Positions 6,066-8,567 of a stretch of 8,567 nucleotides of DNA are shown piece after piece. The translations under genes and the position numbers were made by a program. The notes under the pieces were generated by a model. That model saw nothing but the letters and a program-made list of their open reading frames with translations, ran no database searches and had not been told where the DNA came from. The stretch is taken from positions 1-8,567 of the forward strand of contig JAEOSI010000085.1 of the NCBI GenBank assembly GCA_016840425.1. The letters run 5' to 3'. Position 1 is the stretch's first letter. Each line of letters opens with the position of its first letter. The stretch is from Candidatus Wukongarchaeum yapensis. GTDB taxonomy: Archaea; Asgardarchaeota; Wukongarchaeia; Wukongarchaeales; Wukongarchaeaceae.

Positions 6066-7826
6066 ATGGAAAAATTAAAAAGTCAAATTATGCGAAAAAA
6101 AGGACCAGAAATAGACGCCTTAAAACTGGCAGCAGGGTGGGATAAAGAAGACCTCGAAAAACCATGGGTTATGATAGAATCTGCCTACGGTCATGCCTCC
6201 CCGTGCAGTTATTTCCTCGACCAAATAGTAAAAAAGGCAGAACAAGGTGTCTGGGAAGCAGGAGGCGCCCCCTCTCTATACTTCTTTTCTCATGTTTGTG
6301 ACGGCGTAGCTCAAGGAACCGAAGGAATGCGCTACAGCCTACCTATGAGAGACATCTACTCTTTTGGAGTAGAAGGCCACTTTCACATGGGCCACTACGA
6401 CGCCTTAATCCTAATATCAGGAGGCGATAAAGACCTCCCAGGTTTCATGATGGCAGCAGCAAACCTCAAAGTTCCCACCATATTCATCCCAGGAGGCTCC
6501 ATGGCGGAAGGACCAGACATGAGAAGAAATATGGGCCCAATGACCCTCGAACGTGTCGGAACAATCTACTCCATGCTCAAAAGAGACGAAATATCCCAAG
6601 AAGAATACGAGTTCCTAAGAGAAAGCTCATGCCCCACATGCTACGGAACCTGCGCCTTTCTCGGAACCGCTCACACCATGCAAATAATGAGCGAAGCCTT
6701 AGGCCTTGCTTTACCCACCTCCGCCTCTTGTCCTACCCACCAAAAAGAGATCCTTTTCCTTGCAAAAAAAGCAGGAAGACAGATCATAAACCTCATAGAA
6801 AACGGCATCACCGCAAAACATATTCTCACCCAAGAAGCCTTCGAAAACGCGATAATGATCCACTCCGCAATATCAGGATCAACAAACACTCTCCTACACC
6901 TCCCAGTCATCGCAAAAGAAGCAGGCGTAAAAATCACCATAGAAGACTTCGACAGACTCCACAGAAAAATACCCTTCATAGTAAACTGCAGACCAACAGG
7001 CTTCCACCCCATCCCCGCCTTCTGGTACGCAGGAGGCGTCCAAAGAGTAATAAAAGAGTTAGAAAACCACCTCCACATGGACGCCCTAACAGCCACAGGA
7101 AAAACCGTGAAAGAAAACCTCGAAGAACTGGAAAAACAAAGATACTTCCAAAAAATGGAAAGATACCTCACAAACTACAAGCTAAAAACAGAAAATGTCA
7201 TAAGACCTATAAACAACCCCCTAACCGAAACAGGCGCCATAGCCATCCTAAAAGGAAACCTTGCCCCCGAAGGCTCGGTGATAAAAATTTCAGCCCTAGA
7301 CACCTCAATGTTCGTCTTCGAAGGAACAGCCAAACCCTTCGACGGACAAGAAGCTGCAATAAACGCCGTATTCTCGGGAGAAATAGAGACAGGAGACATA
7401 ATGATAATCCGATACGAAGGTCCAAGAAGAGGATGCCCAGAACAATACTACGTAACAGAAGCCATAGCAAGCAGCGAAAAACTAAGCAAAACAACAGCCC
7501 TAATAACCGACGGTAGATTCTCAGGAGCAAGCAGAGGCCCATGCATAGGACACGCCTCCCCAGAAGCCATGGCAGGAGGCCCCATAGCCGTCATAGAAGA
7601 AGGAGATATGATCAGCATAAACATCTCGAAAAGAACCCTAAACATCACAGGCACAAAAGGAGAAAAACAAACAGAAGAAGAGATAACACAAACCCTAAAA
7701 AACCGCTTAGAAAAATGGACCCTACCAGAAGAACTAATCCCAAAAAACGGCCTATTATCACTCTACTCAAAAACAGCCGCAAGTGCAGCAAAAGGAGGAT
7801 ACATCGAAAGAAACTTCCTCTTCTAA
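6066..7826 (+). CDS. ilvD: IlvD/Edd-family dehydratase (dihydroxy-acid or sugar-acid dehydratase-like) with non-canonical Fe-S motif
   Basis: CDGVAQG, xDK (G120-D121-K122), PGGSM, CPTCYGTC..LGTA, EALGLALP, AISGSTNTLLHL, AGG, LKGNLAPEGSVIK, IRYEGP, LITDGRFSGA (catalytic Ser486) and IGHASPEA..GGPI. The family call is firm; the substrate is not. Confidence 0.9.
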   Translation: MEKLKSQIMRKKGPEIDALKLAAGWDKEDLEKPWVMIESAYGHASPCSYFLDQIVKKAEQGVWEAGGAPSLYFFSHVCDGVAQGTEGMRYSLPMRDIYSFGVEGHFHMGHYDALILISGGDKDLPGFMMAAANLKVPTIFIPGGSMAEGPDMRRNMGPMTLERVGTIYSMLKRDEISQEEYEFLRESSCPTCYGTCAFLGTAHTMQIMSEALGLALPTSASCPTHQKEILFLAKKAGRQIINLIENGITAKHILTQEAFENAIMIHSAISGSTNTLLHLPVIAKEAGVKITIEDFDRLHRKIPFIVNCRPTGFHPIPAFWYAGGVQRVIKELENHLHMDALTATGKTVKENLEELEKQRYFQKMERYLTNYKLKTENVIRPINNPLTETGAIAILKGNLAPEGSVIKISALDTSMFVFEGTAKPFDGQEAAINAVFSGEIETGDIMIIRYEGPRRGCPEQYYVTEAIASSEKLSKTTALITDGRFSGASRGPCIGHASPEAMAGGPIAVIEEGDMISINISKRTLNITGTKGEKQTEEEITQTLKNRLEKWTLPEELIPKNGLLSLYSKTAASAAKGGYIERNFLF

Positions 7827-7852
7827 AAAAATCAAAAAAACCCTTTTTTTAT
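7827..7852. terminator. Bidirectional oligo-T terminator between the convergent dehydratase and cyclase genes
   Basis: A7 (7834-7840), CCC, T7 (7844-7850) gives each strand a T7 tract shortly after its stop codon. A further A run lies at 7825-7831. Confidence 0.55.
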
Positions 7853-8557
7853 TTATTGCTCTATAAGACATGCTATAACGCGGGCAGGTCCTCCATCAAC
7901 ACCTTTAAGCTTTAAAGGTAAACAGATAACAAACACCCTATTACCCACCAACTCTCCCATCACTTTCGAAAGCGACTCAATCAAGGGCACACCACTTCCA
8001 AGCAACAAACGATGAACAACAGGTTCAGAAAACCCAAACTTCTCAACACTCATACAATCAATACCCACCATCTTAACATCCTTCTCCAAAAGCCACATGG
8101 CCCCAGAATCCTCAATATAAGTAAATCTTCTATAATCCCATCCCTCCTCTCCCCAATGATCACTTGTGCCCGTATAAATAAGCACAATATCCCCTTCTTT
8201 CACCAAAGAAGAAAATTTCTCAAAATCCTCCCAAGAAAGTCCAGTCCCCACTTCCCTGTAACTCAGATCCAGAACCACACCCTCTCCCATCAAAGTGGAA
8301 AGCGGAATCTCATCCAAAGAAGAACCACCCTCAACAAAATGAATAGGTGCATCAATATGAGTGCCCACATGAGACCCCATAACAAGCCTCGTCAAATTAA
8401 CACCCTCCTCATCAAGACTCGCCACCCTCTCAACAGAAGGCTCAGGATCACCTGGATAAACAGGCATACCATTCTCAATCACATGAGACAAATCAAAAAA
8501 ACGAGAAACATCAACCTTCACTTCATCAAAAGAAACAATAAAAGACCCCAAATCCAT
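7853..8557 (-). CDS. Cyclase-family metal-dependent hydrolase (kynurenine formamidase KynB-like)
   Basis: FDLSH..ENGMPVYPGDP, diagnostic HVGTHIDAPIHF (HxGTHxDxPxH), GDIVLIYTG, GIDCMSVE, H..LL, IE (metal Glu) and PLKL.GVDGGPARV. ATG 8557 follows GGAG (8567-8564) at 6 nt, giving 234 aa. True kynurenine specificity is not shown. Confidence 0.92.
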   Translation of the reverse strand: MDLGSFIVSFDEVKVDVSRFFDLSHVIENGMPVYPGDPEPSVERVASLDEEGVNLTRLVMGSHVGTHIDAPIHFVEGGSSLDEIPLSTLMGEGVVLDLSYREVGTGLSWEDFEKFSSLVKEGDIVLIYTGTSDHWGEEGWDYRRFTYIEDSGAMWLLEKDVKMVGIDCMSVEKFGFSEPVVHRLLLGSGVPLIESLSKVMGELVGNRVFVICLPLKLKGVDGGPARVIACLIEQ

Positions 8558-8567
8558 CAAAAACTCC

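Noticed and set aside
6629-7516. 295-aa overlapping + strand ORF inside the dehydratase (R/K/H/N/P-rich)
   Set aside because: Its first codon position is the dehydratase wobble position, which is almost never T, so stop codons cannot form. It is a by-product of the A/C wobble bias, with no recognisable motif.
6417-7654. Antisense ORFs within the dehydratase (6417-6599, 6671-7171, 7175-7399, 7207-7542, 7448-7654)
   Set aside because: They lie fully inside a well-supported gene, have biased composition and show no SD or motif support.
6066-7826. Dehydratase as a pseudogene because of the missing CDK cysteine
   Set aside because: The frame is intact and full length, with Mg ligands, carbamylation Lys and catalytic Ser conserved and a promoter/SD present. 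Inactivity is not excluded but nothing else supports it.
7541-7915. 124-aa + strand ORF crossing the dehydratase end
   Set aside because: Same shadow frame and cause as 6629-7516. It runs through the terminator and into the antisense of the cyclase.
7853-8557. Assigning kynB and a tryptophan-degradation pathway
   Set aside because: No kynA or kynU is in the window, and the cyclase family includes many non-kynurenine hydrolases.

Overview
Archaeal-looking metabolic window (inferred from GGAGGT/AGGTGA Shine-Dalgarno motifs, TATA-like boxes, oligo-T terminators and four-subunit-type 2-oxoacid oxidoreductase genes). It holds eight intact CDSs: (+) 2-oxoacid:ferredoxin oxidoreductase alpha and beta (PorA/B family, with VorA/B-like signatures); (-) a GT-B glycosyltransferase of the MurG/GT28-like archaeal type; (+) a 134-aa orphan divergent from it; (-) two tandem paralogous EamA/DMT transporters (about 74% aa identity by hand count); (+) an IlvD/Edd-family dehydratase; (-) a cyclase/kynurenine-formamidase-family metallohydrolase. 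I saw no RNA genes, CRISPR arrays or mobile elements. Main oddities: (1) the dehydratase lacks the CDK cluster cysteine (GGDKD) and has several other changes around the metal centre; (2) the two transporters carry a membrane-embedded acidic residue at mirror-image positions of the internal repeat; (3) wobble-base usage is strongly strand-mirrored (A/C-ending codons on +, T/G-ending on -). Family consensus comparisons are from memory and need database confirmation.
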